Positions 56,512-56,760 of a stretch of DNA of 56,760 nt are shown here, in pieces. Every line of letters begins with the position of its first letter. Positions within the stretch are counted from its first letter, which is position 1. The DNA comes from a virus (lineage: Duplodnaviria > Caudoviricetes): positions 1 through 56,760 of IMG/VR virus record IMGVR_UViG_3300022221_000010; one strand, written 5' to 3'. The translations under genes were made by a program, and so were the position numbers. The notes beneath the pieces are model-generated. The model was not told where the DNA came from. It searched no databases and saw only the letters and a program-made list of their open reading frames with translations.

Positions 56512-56703
56512 ATGACTAGTAATGTAACATCAATCGAGAAATCGGCAAAGGATATTGCAGCGGAAGAACTTCGCGCTGAATCCATGAAAGAAAATGTCAG
56601 GAAATTGAAAGACAAAATGCGAACTATCGAGAGCACTAAAAGGATTCTTCGCAATCTTGAGCGTGAACTGGAAGCGCTTGAAGAAGAAATGGATTTATTA
56701 TAA
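56512..56703 (+). CDS. small coiled-coil hypothetical protein
   Basis: Heptad-rich 63-aa ORF. Confidence 0.55.
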   Translation: MTSNVTSIEKSAKDIAAEELRAESMKENVRKLKDKMRTIESTKRILRNLERELEALEEEMDLL

Positions 56704-56760
56704 GTGGCAATTGCCAGTGATAGAAGAATGACGGTCTTCGATCCGAGGATCGTCATTCAT

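Overview
AT-rich segment of a lytic T4-like (Tevenvirinae-type) phage genome. It contains core replication and recombination genes (uvsX, gp41, gp61, nrdB/nrdA, rnh, gp30 ligase, dsbA, gp33, gp59, gp32), minus-strand tail/baseplate genes (gp54-like, gp26, gp51-like, tape measure), T4 late promoters (TATAAATA) and sigma70-like early promoters. The left 18 kb is an RNA-rich accessory region with 12 tRNA or tRNA-like genes (a 13th lies at 45.4 kb; several are structurally aberrant), a circularly permuted two-piece tmRNA, NAD salvage genes (NadM-Nudix and NadV), an alarmone hydrolase and a TAXI-type binding-protein operon. The most striking element is at 9973-10302: three tandem structured RNAs with identical junction motifs but covarying stems. 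The first carries a circularly permuted tRNA-like domain (Y RNA/YrlA-like topology), and the array sits directly upstream of a 683-aa protein with a C-terminal TerD-like domain, suggesting a new RNP system. Other notable signals are a D-arm-rearranged tRNA-Arg(ACG), a likely -1 frameshift (U UUU UUA plus downstream stem) fusing gp26 to a start-less gp51-like ORF just before the tape measure gene, and a late cluster of proteins with T4 internal-protein capsid-targeting N-termini that includes an Acb1-like enzyme. All protein calls are from motif recognition by eye; no database search was run.
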